In this document: positions 8,951 to 18,819 of the stretch, piece by piece
How the letters are laid out: each line of letters starts with the position of its first letter
Numbering within the stretch: position 1 is the first letter of the stretch
NCBI GenBank assembly: GCA_947588765.1
Contig: CANPZG010000003.1
Span: forward strand, 2,032-66,031
Origin: an uncultured Bacilli bacterium
GTDB lineage: Bacteria > Bacillota_I > Bacilli_A > RF39 > UBA660
Length of the DNA: 64,000 nt
Direction of reading: 5' to 3'
Program-made: the position numbers and the translations under genes
Notes under the pieces: model-generated
What the model saw: the letters and a program-made list of their open reading frames with translations, nothing else
What the model was told of the DNA's origin: nothing
Databases searched by the model: none

Positions 8951-9742
8951 ATGGTTTCTTTACTCGCAAATATGGATTATACTTTAATGGCTTTTTTAGC
9001 TACTATCTTTACCTGGAGTATTACTGCCTTAGGGGCAAGTATTGTTTTTGCTTTTCGTAAAATTAATAAAAATATCATGGATGCCATGTTAGGTTTTTCC
9101 GCGGGAGTTATGATTGCGGCATCATTTTGGTCACTACTTTCTCCAGCCATTGATATGGCAATTAGTCTTAATATGATTGCTTGGCTAGTAGCCTTCCTTG
9201 GCTTTTTTACTGGAGGACTACTACTTTTTATTGGAGATAAAATTTTTGATAAATTATTAAAAAAAGAAAATAAGAATAAAATCAAACGCAGTTTAATGCT
9301 AATATTTTCGATAACTTTGCATAATATTCCTGAAGGTTTAGCGGTCGGTGTTGCTTTTGGTTCTCTTGCCTATGGTATAAATGGAGCAACTTTATCTAGT
9401 GCCATTATGTTAGCAATAGGAATAGGACTGCAAAACTTTCCCGAAGGTACAGCTGTATCTGTTCCGTTACTTAGAGAAGGATTTTCGAAGAAAAAAGCTT
9501 TCTTTTATGGTCAGTTAAGTGGTTTAGTTGAACCAATCGCGGGAGTAATCGGAGCTCTTCTAGTAATCAAGGTTCGCACAATCTTACCTTTTTTACTTGC
9601 CTTTGCTGCCGGTGCTATGATTTATGTTGTCGTGCAAGAACTAATTCCAGAAAGTCAAACCAATAAGAAAAAAGACCTAATGGCCTTATTTACAATGATT
9701 GGTTTTTCCATAATGATGATTTTAGATATTGCTTTAGGTTAG
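8951..9742 (+). CDS. ZIP-family divalent metal transporter (ZupT/GufA-like)
   Basis: Multi-TM protein with HNIPEGLAVG and QNFPEGTAVS motifs, preceded by an AGGAGG RBS. Confidence 0.8.
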   Translation: MVSLLANMDYTLMAFLATIFTWSITALGASIVFAFRKINKNIMDAMLGFSAGVMIAASFWSLLSPAIDMAISLNMIAWLVAFLGFFTGGLLLFIGDKIFDKLLKKENKNKIKRSLMLIFSITLHNIPEGLAVGVAFGSLAYGINGATLSSAIMLAIGIGLQNFPEGTAVSVPLLREGFSKKKAFFYGQLSGLVEPIAGVIGALLVIKVRTILPFLLAFAAGAMIYVVVQELIPESQTNKKKDLMALFTMIGFSIMMILDIALG

Positions 9743-11331
9743 TTTTGTTTAATATAAACAAAACTATTTTTTCCATCTTGACTTAGTAAATAATAATCAT
9801 CTTTAATTGGTCTAATTACCGCATTTTCAATTTCATCATATAATTTATCTTTTGCATATATTTTAGTATTTTTATTTTCTTCACTAAAGATTAAGTTTTT
9901 AACTTTAAAAACATAATTACTAATATTAAAATCACTAACTGTATAAGATTTATCTACTTTTCCTGAATTTATCCGATAATAATCATATCTAATTTTATTA
10001 TCTCTAGCTTTTAACTCTAAATATAATTTATTAGTATCTAATATCATAACTTTATCTATTTTAGTATTTAAATCAGTCATTAATCTTATTTTCTTATCAC
10101 TACCCTCATATATACTAGTAGTACCATCATAAACTACATAATATCCTTTTTTATCAAAGAAATATTCATAATAACTAATTTCTTTTAATTCATTAACTAA
10201 ATTTAACTTTTTATCTTTAGTTAATATTAATTCATATTCTCCATCTTTTACTATATCTTTAATTTGATAAAATTGTTCATACTTAGTTAAATTTATATTA
10301 TCATTTACAGTTTTATATTCGCCCTTAGATAATTCATTTAAATTACTAGTATAAATATCCAATGTCTTATCTTTTAAAGTAAAAATATAGTCATCTGTTA
10401 CATAAATATCATCATATACAAAATCAAAAACAGTTGTACCAAAAGTATTAATTAAACCATATTTATCATTTCTTTTAACCGCGAAATAACTAACATCATT
10501 AGTTTCTAATTTAATTGTTTGGTTATCTAATTTTATAATGACATTTTCATTTAAATCCATTAGTCCTTGGTTATTTACACTTTGGAAAACAAAGTATTTT
10601 TCACTATCATTTTTAACTTTCATATTATTAACTTTATCAAAAACTAATTTATAATAATTAAGTAATTTTTTATCATTATTAATATCTAATAAGTAATTAC
10701 TAATACTTTCAACATATAAGTATTTTACTTCGTTATTAATTTCTACTTCATAGGCATTTTTTACTGTTTTATCTATAACTTGCCCGGTTATCGTATTAAT
10801 TAATACTCCTTCATCAGCTTTAGCATAAGCATAATGACCTGAGATAAAAGCAATTTCTTTATTAACGATATTTTTAATATATAATTGATTAATATAAGGT
10901 GCCGATTCATCTTGATAAACAGTTTCTTTTGGACCATTCATATCAACTTTAGACACAATACTATTATTTTTTTTTAATGTATAATTATCATCTATCTTTA
11001 TTAAATAATAACCATCATATAAACAAAATACATTGTCTTTAGATCCATTTACTTTTTCGATTAAAGATAAATCATCTCTTAAAATAAGCGTATTAATAGT
11101 ATCATTTTCTTTTTCTTCTATTATATAATATCCTGCATCGCAATAACTAGGATTTTGATAATTTTCATTTACTTCTTTTCTTTCGTAACTTAACGGTAAT
11201 TCTTCTTCCCTTTTTGGTGCTTTATTCATTACATTCATAAATAAGTGATATATTATTAATATACCTACGAAAGCAATTACACAGATAATTAAAACTTTAA
11301 TAGTTTTGATAATTTCTTTTTTATCTTGCAT
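9739..11331 (-). CDS. membrane-anchored protein with WG/KWG-like beta-repeat units
   Basis: N-terminal TM helix followed by repeated segments of the type KYGLINTFGTTVFDFVYDDI. The domain call is tentative. Confidence 0.65.
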   Translation of the reverse strand: MQDKKEIIKTIKVLIICVIAFVGILIIYHLFMNVMNKAPKREEELPLSYERKEVNENYQNPSYCDAGYYIIEEKENDTINTLILRDDLSLIEKVNGSKDNVFCLYDGYYLIKIDDNYTLKKNNSIVSKVDMNGPKETVYQDESAPYINQLYIKNIVNKEIAFISGHYAYAKADEGVLINTITGQVIDKTVKNAYEVEINNEVKYLYVESISNYLLDINNDKKLLNYYKLVFDKVNNMKVKNDSEKYFVFQSVNNQGLMDLNENVIIKLDNQTIKLETNDVSYFAVKRNDKYGLINTFGTTVFDFVYDDIYVTDDYIFTLKDKTLDIYTSNLNELSKGEYKTVNDNINLTKYEQFYQIKDIVKDGEYELILTKDKKLNLVNELKEISYYEYFFDKKGYYVVYDGTTSIYEGSDKKIRLMTDLNTKIDKVMILDTNKLYLELKARDNKIRYDYYRINSGKVDKSYTVSDFNISNYVFKVKNLIFSEENKNTKIYAKDKLYDEIENAVIRPIKDDYYLLSQDGKNSFVYIKQN

Positions 11332-11407
11332 ATTATTTTCACCCTACTTAAAGATTAACAAAAAATAAATATTTTTGCAATAAAAAATTAATTAGGACGC
11401 ACCCTAA

Positions 11408-12655
11408 TTAATTATTTTCTGTTAAAATTTCCATTGCTTTACGCATTTTCATATCGTATTTAACAATTTCTTTAGTACCATAAGCTTTAAGTAATTCTTC
11501 TACGGTAATACCATAACCATCAGCCATTTCTTGAGCTCTCTTATCAACTTCTTTTTCCGTGAAATCAATTTTTTCCGCATCGGCAATAGCTTCAATTAAA
11601 TAACGATATTGAATTCTTTTCTTAGCTTCTGGTTCCATTTGTTTATGAAGTTCTTCTGGTTTAGTACCAGTTATTTCATAATATTTTTCAATATTTAAAC
11701 CTTGTTGGGCTAATTGATTAGCATATTGATCAATCATTCTATGAACTTCTTCATCAATGATTTCTTCATTAATATCTACTTTTAAATTACTAGCGGCTTT
11801 TTCTAGACAAGCATCTAAAAATTTATCTTCTACTTCATGTTCTTTTTCATGAGTTATATCAGCTTTAATTTTTTTCTTTAAGTCATCAAGTGTTTTAACA
11901 TCTTCATAACCTAAATCTTTAAAGAAATCATCATTAATTTCTGGTAGGCTACGAGTTTTTACTTCATTAACTGTAACTTCAAATTTAACATCTTTATTTT
12001 TTAAATCTTCGACATAATTTTCTGGAAATTTTAAATTTAAAGTTTTAGTTTCCCCTGCTTTTAAACCAACAAGTCCTTCTTCAAAACCAGGAATAAATGA
12101 ATGAGAACCTATTTCAAGTGGGAAGTTTTCACCACTACCACCTTCTAATTCTTTACCATCAACATAACCTTTGAAACTAACAACTGCTGTGTCTCCTACC
12201 GCAACTTCGCCATTTTCTTTTGTAATGATATCAGCCATATGTATTCTTAGATGTTCAATTTCATCATCGACTTCTTTCGCCGTAACAGTTACTTTATCTT
12301 TCTTTAATCCTAAATTTTTATATTCCCCTAAAGTTACTTCTGGATGCGTAATAATTGTAAATTTTAAGATAATATTAGTATCACTAATTCCCGTAATATC
12401 AACTGTAGGTTCAATAATAGGAACTAGCTTTTCTTCATCTAAAATCTTGCGATAAGCAACTTGAATCGCATCATTCGCTGCATCTGGATATAATGATTCT
12501 ATCCCAAAATTTTTAATATAAATATCTTTAGGTACTTTTCCTTTTCTAAATCCTGGAACTTTAGCATCTTTAGATTTTTTAACAAAAGTTTTATCTAAAC
12601 ATTCTAACCATTCTTTTTCTAATTTAACTTCTTTTTCAAAAACATTTTTTTTCAT
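11408..12655 (-). CDS. tig: trigger factor
   Basis: Contains the GFRKGKVP ribosome-binding motif, a central FKBP-type PPIase region (FIPGFEEGLVG) and a C-terminal chaperone arm. Confidence 0.9.
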   Translation of the reverse strand: MKKNVFEKEVKLEKEWLECLDKTFVKKSKDAKVPGFRKGKVPKDIYIKNFGIESLYPDAANDAIQVAYRKILDEEKLVPIIEPTVDITGISDTNIILKFTIITHPEVTLGEYKNLGLKKDKVTVTAKEVDDEIEHLRIHMADIITKENGEVAVGDTAVVSFKGYVDGKELEGGSGENFPLEIGSHSFIPGFEEGLVGLKAGETKTLNLKFPENYVEDLKNKDVKFEVTVNEVKTRSLPEINDDFFKDLGYEDVKTLDDLKKKIKADITHEKEHEVEDKFLDACLEKAASNLKVDINEEIIDEEVHRMIDQYANQLAQQGLNIEKYYEITGTKPEELHKQMEPEAKKRIQYRYLIEAIADAEKIDFTEKEVDKRAQEMADGYGITVEELLKAYGTKEIVKYDMKMRKAMEILTENN

Positions 12656-12728
12656 TTATATACCTTCTTTCAAACTGACCTTATTATATTATAATCTTTT
12701 ATTTTTAGCAAGAAATATCGTCATATAT

Positions 12729-13664
12729 TTACGCACAAACATCAACTAAGAAACTTATTAAGGCTACATCTTTATCTAAAGCTCCAGTTTTTATGCCAAT
12801 ATCAACATTAGCAAGCTTCTTTATATTAGATAAAAGTTCTTCTTCCGTATAGGCTAAACTATTTTGATATAGCTTATTTACTTGCCAATCTTGTAAACTT
12901 AACTTCTTACTTATTTCTCTAATTTGCAATTTTTTACTTTGATATCTTTTTAAATAATACATTAATCTATATTCCCGAGCCAGTAAATTTATTAAAGCTA
13001 AACTTTCGACTTTATATACTTTTAAATTATTATAAAGTTTTAATGATTCTTGTAAATTTTTAACAATCACCGCATTTACAAAATGAAAATTATTATTATC
13101 TATTAGTGAACCAACTATTTTTTTAACATCCTCAAGCTTAATATTAATTTTACTATTGTAATATAAAAATACTTTATCTAACTCATTATAAATCATATCT
13201 AAAGATGACGTATTATTTAAAATATATTGTTTAGCATTAGTATCAATGGTAAAACCATTTTCTTTAACATAATTAGTTATCGCATCATCTTTTTCTTGAT
13301 AATTAAATGGTAAAATATTAATTAATGTGTATTTATCTTTAATCATTTTCGTTATTTTTTTTCTTAAATCAATACCATTTAATGTGGTAAATATTATTAC
13401 TGTATTAGGATTAGGTTTATTTAAATAACTAACTAATAAATCATTATCTTTATCCGTTATTTTAGCGGTACCAAAAGTACTTGCATTACTTACCACAATA
13501 TATTTTATATTATTATCAAAAGAAAAATAATTAGCTTCTTTTATAATATCTTCTAAAGTTACTTTATTTAAATTCATAACAAAATAATCGTTATTTTTAA
13601 CAATTTTTTTAATTTCTTTATCAATTAAACGATAACTTTCAGATGATATTAAATAATTATTCAT
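12729..13664 (-). CDS. holA: DNA polymerase III subunit delta
   Basis: Size (311 aa) and position downstream of comEC as in B. subtilis. Sequence similarity is only generic. Confidence 0.6.
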   Translation of the reverse strand: MNNYLISSESYRLIDKEIKKIVKNNDYFVMNLNKVTLEDIIKEANYFSFDNNIKYIVVSNASTFGTAKITDKDNDLLVSYLNKPNPNTVIIFTTLNGIDLRKKITKMIKDKYTLINILPFNYQEKDDAITNYVKENGFTIDTNAKQYILNNTSSLDMIYNELDKVFLYYNSKINIKLEDVKKIVGSLIDNNNFHFVNAVIVKNLQESLKLYNNLKVYKVESLALINLLAREYRLMYYLKRYQSKKLQIREISKKLSLQDWQVNKLYQNSLAYTEEELLSNIKKLANVDIGIKTGALDKDVALISFLVDVCA

Positions 13665-13727
13665 ATGTACTCCTTAATAATTATTTTATCATAAAAAGCA
13701 TAAACTAAAAAGCAAATAATATTTAAA

Positions 13728-14915
13728 TTATTTGCCTAGATAAGTTATTCGAGCATAACCATTGCCTCTTTTGGCATACTGGCTTATTGGGCTTTCACTA
13801 GCGTTATTGGTAGTATAGGTTCGAGTATCATCAGCAGTACTTTCAGTACAATTATAACAATACATGACTTTATTTTTTAAAAGAGGATTACCTATATATC
13901 CAGAACCACCTCCAGCTCCAGCATGGCCTCTTGAGCTACCACCCCCACCATAGTAGCCACCGCCACCGCCGGCACCAGCACCATAAAAGTTAGCTTCTTC
14001 CAGTGCATCTATATAATATTTACCACCTTGGCCAAAAGTACCTAAAGCTACATCATTTGTAAAATAAATATCATCTCCCCCTTTTTCTTGTGTGGCTCCA
14101 GTACCATAAAATTGTATATATGGGGATGCAGAGTTTATTCCATTCATGCCTTGAAAACCACCTCCAGAGCCACCATAAGCACTTGAGTTAGTACCACCAT
14201 TTCCACCTCCTCCACCAGCAACAATTATTAATTGATCTTGTTGATCTTTTAATGTAGAAAGCAACCCCTTTACTCTTGCAATATGAGTAGCTCCACCACC
14301 GGCAAATGCAAATTGGCCTTTATAGGCTGAACCACCAATACCACCTCCATTGTATCCCCCTTGATAATCACGTTGATTTGCTGCTCCTATACCATTATAA
14401 AATTCGCCTTGTCCACCAACTACTATATAAATTTTTTCATTTGTTTTTAAATCTATTTCACCAGATGCATAACCACCTAATCCTCCTACTTCTATTGCGC
14501 TATATGTTGCTCCACCTTGAGCACCCCATACTTCTAATTTATAGGTCCCATCAATAGGTGCTATAAATTCTTGAATACTATTTGTATATTCAAAATTTTT
14601 TTCTTTTTTATCAAAATAAATGTTACATTTATCACTTTTATTGCCAGTAATTTGAACTTTGTTATTTACCCAATTTAAAATTGAATCATTTTCACAACTA
14701 CTTTTTACTTTGTTTAACACATAACCATCAGTTGGCCAATTTCTTTTTGTTGTTTGTTCGTATACATTATTATTTTTTTCAATATAATAACTTATTAATC
14801 CTTTTATATTATTTTTTAATTTTTCATTTTCTTTTTGTTTTGGATACACTAATCCAAGAGACAAAACTAAAATTAAAATTAATCCTAAACACATATAAAT
14901 ATTTTTCTTTTTCAT
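13728..14915 (-). CDS. secreted glycine-rich domain protein
   Basis: Signal peptide followed by G-rich blocks (VWGAQGG, GGLGGYASG, VVGGQG, AGGGGGNGG, GAGAGGGGGYYGGGGS), as in bacterial glycine-rich-domain proteins. Confidence 0.8.
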   Translation of the reverse strand: MKKKNIYMCLGLILILVLSLGLVYPKQKENEKLKNNIKGLISYYIEKNNNVYEQTTKRNWPTDGYVLNKVKSSCENDSILNWVNNKVQITGNKSDKCNIYFDKKEKNFEYTNSIQEFIAPIDGTYKLEVWGAQGGATYSAIEVGGLGGYASGEIDLKTNEKIYIVVGGQGEFYNGIGAANQRDYQGGYNGGGIGGSAYKGQFAFAGGGATHIARVKGLLSTLKDQQDQLIIVAGGGGGNGGTNSSAYGGSGGGFQGMNGINSASPYIQFYGTGATQEKGGDDIYFTNDVALGTFGQGGKYYIDALEEANFYGAGAGGGGGYYGGGGSSRGHAGAGGGSGYIGNPLLKNKVMYCYNCTESTADDTRTYTTNNASESPISQYAKRGNGYARITYLGK

Positions 14916-14945
14916 TATTCAAATACCTCTATTTTTCCTGATATC

Positions 14946-14972
14946 ATTATATATATATATATATTCTGTCAA
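14946..14972 (-). promoter_or_regulatory. promoter TTGACA-15-TATAAT whose spacer is a (TA)n tract
   Basis: Minus strand: TTGACA at 14972-14967 and TATAAT at 14951-14946. The spacer is only 15 nt and consists almost entirely of TA repeats. Confidence 0.5.
14948..14964. repeat. (TA)8 dinucleotide microsatellite
   Basis: Plus strand reads TATATATATATATATAT. Confidence 0.95.
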
Positions 14973-15101
14973 GTAATATATTTAAATTTAACAATTTTTG
15001 ACAACAAAAAAGGATCTAAAGCTTTAGACCCCTTTATCTATATAAACATTAATTAATGTATTATATTTTATGAATTTAAAATTTAAAAGTATAGGCAAGT
15101 A

Positions 15102-17180
15102 TTATGGTGCATAAGTATTTATTTTAAAATTATTATTTTTAATCTTAAACATAATTGTGCCATCAATATCAGTCCGATATATTTTAGAATTACTTAAATT
15201 AGTAATTGTTTCCTCATTAGGGTGCCCATATCGATTATTTTTGCCTACACTAATAATAGAATAAGTAGGTTTTATTGTATTAATAAATTTAGAACTAGAG
15301 CTTGTATTCGAACCATGATGGCCTACTTTTAATACCAAAGGATTTAATTTATATTTACTAATTATTTCTTCTTCCACCATTTTAGGAGCATCACCCATGA
15401 AAAGAAAACCATAATTATTGATTTCAAAATATAAAACTAAACTACTTTCATTTTCATCTTCACTAACATAATTATTTAAACTATACATATTAAAATTAGA
15501 ACTAGTTATTGTTTTAGTAACTTTATTTGTTTTAATTAGAGATTCTTCTAAAGTATTAAAACCATTATTATTCAATATTATTTTCTCTACTTTAAAATTA
15601 TTAATAATATTTAAAGCTTCTCCTCCATGATCATTATCTCCATGGGTAATAATTAATTTATTTATTTTTGAGATGCCTAAACTTTTTAAAAACTTAATGG
15701 TATTATCACTTAAATTATAACTTTTAGTACTTTTTTGCCAGTCTTCTTTTTCATAAGTAATCTTTCCTCCGGTATCAATCATAATTACTTCTTTTTGATG
15801 AGAGCTAATTAAAACTGCTGAATCACCTTGTCCGACATCTAAATAATAAATATAATAACTACTATCTATTTTAGGAATAAACTTATTTAGAATAATTATT
15901 AATAATACCACAATAAATAATTTCTTTATTTTAAAACTTAAAAGTAAAAACAGATAATAAAGAATAATTAAAATTATATTCATTTTAGACATAACAATTA
16001 AGAAACTTAATTTATCAAAGAAATGATTAAAGAATGATAATATATTTAAAGAAACATTAAATATGGGACTAAATATAGTAAAAATAAAAGTTAATAACGC
16101 TAAAGGATAAACAACTAATGAAATAAAAGGAACAAATATTAAATTAGCAATAATACTAGTTAAATTAATTTCATAATTTAAGCTAATGGTTATTGGTAAA
16201 CTAAATAAAAAGGATATTAGACTTAAAGTGAATAATTGTCTTAAGTAGGAACCTTTTATTAGTTTAGTATTTAAAATAATACCACCAGTTATTACAAAAG
16301 AATAAATAAAACCAATATCATAGATAATAAAAGGATTAATAATTATTAAAATACCAGCAGTTAAAAGCAATACTTTAAAATTACTTATTTTTAAATTAAA
16401 TATTTTTTTAATATTAAGTAAAGAGTAGAATAATACAGCTCTAAGTATTGAGGAAGCAAAGTTAGTTAAGAAAGCAAAGAAAAACAATATTAAAGAAATC
16501 ACAATAGTTTTCTTAGTTAATTTCATTTTACTTAAAAACATATCTAGTATTTTTAATAAAATACCAATATGCATTCCTGATATAGCTAATAGATGACTTA
16601 CGCCATTAATTTGAAATTCATTGTAATCTTCACTACTAATCAAACTTTTATCTCCTAAAATAAATATTTTTAAATAATCACTATTAGGTAACTTATTAGT
16701 TCTTTTATAAAAATAATCTTTAATTTTAGCTAAAATATTATTATCTTTATTTACCTTAAAATTAGATATATTAATTGTATAGTATATTTTTTTATTATAT
16801 AAATATTTCTTATAATTAAAAGTATTAGGAATAGTATTATTACTTGGTTCAGTTAATGTTCCATTTATATTTATAGAACACCCAATACATATATTATTTA
16901 ACCAATATTCCTTTTCTTCTTTTGTTTTAAAATAATATGTTCCTTTGAGTTTTTCTTTTGCCTTAATATCTAAAGATAATTTATCGCCATTGATAGCATA
17001 ATTAGTTATTTTACCTTCAAAGTAAGTATCATTAATATTATATTTTGATTGATAAACAATAAATTTAGTAAATACTAAAACATAAATAATTATAAATACT
17101 AATAAGACAATAAAGAATTTATTAAACAGTAATAAATTCTTTAATTTTGTCATATATTTTTTCTCCAATACCTTTGACAT
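15102..17180 (-). CDS. comEC: DNA internalisation competence protein ComEC/Rec2
   Basis: Polytopic competence domain plus a C-terminal metallo-beta-lactamase domain (ITHGDNDHGG, VGHHGS). The exact start is uncertain because the ORF overlaps the comEA 3' end. Confidence 0.9.
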   Translation of the reverse strand: MSKVLEKKYMTKLKNLLLFNKFFIVLLVFIIIYVLVFTKFIVYQSKYNINDTYFEGKITNYAINGDKLSLDIKAKEKLKGTYYFKTKEEKEYWLNNICIGCSININGTLTEPSNNTIPNTFNYKKYLYNKKIYYTINISNFKVNKDNNILAKIKDYFYKRTNKLPNSDYLKIFILGDKSLISSEDYNEFQINGVSHLLAISGMHIGILLKILDMFLSKMKLTKKTIVISLILFFFAFLTNFASSILRAVLFYSLLNIKKIFNLKISNFKVLLLTAGILIIINPFIIYDIGFIYSFVITGGIILNTKLIKGSYLRQLFTLSLISFLFSLPITISLNYEINLTSIIANLIFVPFISLVVYPLALLTFIFTIFSPIFNVSLNILSFFNHFFDKLSFLIVMSKMNIILIILYYLFLLLSFKIKKLFIVVLLIIILNKFIPKIDSSYYIYYLDVGQGDSAVLISSHQKEVIMIDTGGKITYEKEDWQKSTKSYNLSDNTIKFLKSLGISKINKLIITHGDNDHGGEALNIINNFKVEKIILNNNGFNTLEESLIKTNKVTKTITSSNFNMYSLNNYVSEDENESSLVLYFEINNYGFLFMGDAPKMVEEEIISKYKLNPLVLKVGHHGSNTSSSSKFINTIKPTYSIISVGKNNRYGHPNEETITNLSNSKIYRTDIDGTIMFKIKNNNFKINTYAP

Positions 17181-17910
17181 TTAAGATATCTTCAATTGCT
17201 TTAAATGGTCCATTAGCATTACGATAATCAATAATAGCTTGAGCTTTAGATTCCCCTATGCCATTTAATTTAGTTAGTTCAGTAATTGTTGCTGTATTAA
17301 TATTTACAATAACTACTTCATCTTCTTTTACAGTGTCATCATTAATTTCATTATCTGTTTGGCTTTCACTTACTATTGGAGTATTATTTTCAGTATTTTC
17401 CGTTTTTGATGATGTACTTTCTTCATATTTACTCGTAATAGTTACTTTACCTTTTTCTACTTCTTTTGATGTATCTTGATTATTAGTAGTTGATTTTTGA
17501 GTTTCAACTTTTGTAACCTCTTTATTAGTTTCTTTACTGGTATTAATACTTGGAATAACAACTAACATTTCATCAGTTAAAAGTGTACTTAAACTAATAT
17601 TTTTAATATTCGCTTTATCAGTTAAACCACCAGAAGAATTAATTAAATCATTAATGGTACTTCCTTCATCTAATTCATAAACTCCAGCATTAGCAATCTC
17701 ACCTTTAACATTAACTTTTAGTTTAGCTAGAGTATTAATTTCTTCAACATCTTCTTTTTCAACAACTAGATTTTCTTCAACTTTATTATTTCTATTATGT
17801 AATTTTATTATTACACATATAAGTAAAACTATAATAACAATAAATAAAATACTATCTATTATTATAGCAACATATTTATTATTAATTATTTTTCTAAAAA
17901 ATTCTTGCAT
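17122..17910 (-). CDS. comEA: competence DNA receptor ComEA
   Basis: N-terminal TM helix, an SLBB-like region and a C-terminal tandem helix-hairpin-helix (LNGIGESKAQAIIDYR...VKGIGEKIYDKI). Confidence 0.85.
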   Translation of the reverse strand: MQEFFRKIINNKYVAIIIDSILFIVIIVLLICVIIKLHNRNNKVEENLVVEKEDVEEINTLAKLKVNVKGEIANAGVYELDEGSTINDLINSSGGLTDKANIKNISLSTLLTDEMLVVIPSINTSKETNKEVTKVETQKSTTNNQDTSKEVEKGKVTITSKYEESTSSKTENTENNTPIVSESQTDNEINDDTVKEDEVVIVNINTATITELTKLNGIGESKAQAIIDYRNANGPFKAIEDILNVKGIGEKIYDKIKEFITV

Positions 17911-18037
17911 CTTTCCTCCTTTTAAAATTAGAATTTTTTATGCTATTTTCTTATACCCTTCACTTATATATATTTCCCCTTACCCCTTGATTTCCTTTTT
18001 TTTGAGTGAAATTTTTTAAATTTGTTAAAAAATTTGT

Positions 18038-18064
18038 CGAAAAAACTTCATCAAATGATGAAGT
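18038..18064 (-). terminator. intrinsic terminator downstream of the toxN-like gene
   Basis: Minus strand: ACUUCAUC-AUUU-GAUGAAGU followed by UUUUUU. Confidence 0.7.
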
Positions 18065-18145
18065 AAATTTAGTCCTAAATATTTATTATAATAAATTTTT
18101 TTGTATTTTTAATTTCAGCAAAAAAGAATTTTGTGATTCTATAAT

Positions 18146-18625
18146 TTATTTACATTTCATTTTATTTTCTTCTAACATTTTTTCTTTTAGTTTATCTATA
18201 TCCGTGAAAAATAAATTTGTACCTCTCTTCTTTAATCCTATCATATTTTTAAATAAAATTTTAATTTCATTTTGCAAATCTGTTGGGACTCTTAATGGTA
18301 CCCCATCAATAGTATGAACGTGATCAATATATTTTTCTAATGTTGGAAAAGCATTTTGTAATAATATAGCCGCATTTTCATTAGCAATCTTTCTAATTAT
18401 TATTGTATTACAAAAAACATATTTTTCAATTTTTTTATCAATTATCTTTTGATATTTAATTACTTTAGAACTCACCGGAATAAACCATAATATATTATCA
18501 TCTCTTATTGTAAAATATGTTGGCCTTTTTTTTCCTCTTTCATGATTTTGCATTAAACTTTCATCGTTAACGATATCAAAATATTCATCTTTGATATGAT
18601 ATAAATAGCCTGTTTTTATTTGCAT
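18146..18625 (-). CDS. ToxN/AbiQ/CptN-like type III toxin (putative endoribonuclease)
   Basis: The N-terminal pattern YLYHIKDEYFDIV...KRPTYFTI...WFIPVSSK resembles ToxN/AbiQ. The protein is about 159 aa and follows an RNA repeat array plus terminator. The likely start is MQIKTG after AAGGAA (the track ORF extends to 18634). Confidence 0.65.
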   Translation of the reverse strand: MQIKTGYLYHIKDEYFDIVNDESLMQNHERGKKRPTYFTIRDDNILWFIPVSSKVIKYQKIIDKKIEKYVFCNTIIIRKIANENAAILLQNAFPTLEKYIDHVHTIDGVPLRVPTDLQNEIKILFKNMIGLKKRGTNLFFTDIDKLKEKMLEENKMKCK

Positions 18626-18654
18626 TGTCGTCATTTCCTTAGATAATATATCAT

Positions 18655-18688
18655 AAATAAAAAGAAAACTCCATCAAATAATGAAGTT
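18655..18688 (-). terminator. intrinsic terminator between the repeat RNA and the toxin ORF
   Basis: Minus strand: AACUUCAU-UAUUUG-AUGGAGUU followed by a U-rich run. Confidence 0.65.
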
Positions 18689-18700
18689 ATCTTACATTTT

Positions 18701-18798
18701 CAACCAGGATTATTTATTAGTCGCACCACCTGGAAGCGAAAAACATTGTCGCCTGGAATCATTTATTAGTCGCACCATCCAGAAGCGAGAAACATTTA
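18701..18798 (-). ncRNA. ToxI/CptI-like antitoxin RNA: 2 tandem 49-nt repeats
   Basis: The core ATTTATTAGTCGCACCA occurs at 18712-18728 and 18761-18777. A 5-bp stem is preserved by three compensatory changes (CCAGG/CCTGG versus CTGGA/TCCAG). Confidence 0.65.
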
Positions 18799-18819
18799 CA
18801 CACTTTTCAGTGCAATTTA

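Noticed and set aside
10967-10975. A9/T9 homopolymer tracts inside coding regions (also 29997-30005) as phase-variation switches
   Set aside because: Runs of 8-9 A/T are expected by chance in such an AT-rich, Lys-rich coding genome. There is no evidence of frameshifted alleles in the window.
18006-18317. Plus-strand 103-aa ORF overlapping the toxN-like gene 3' end and its terminator
   Set aside because: It is antisense to a better-supported ORF, spans a terminator hairpin, has no RBS and has a low-complexity Phe/Ile/Ser composition.
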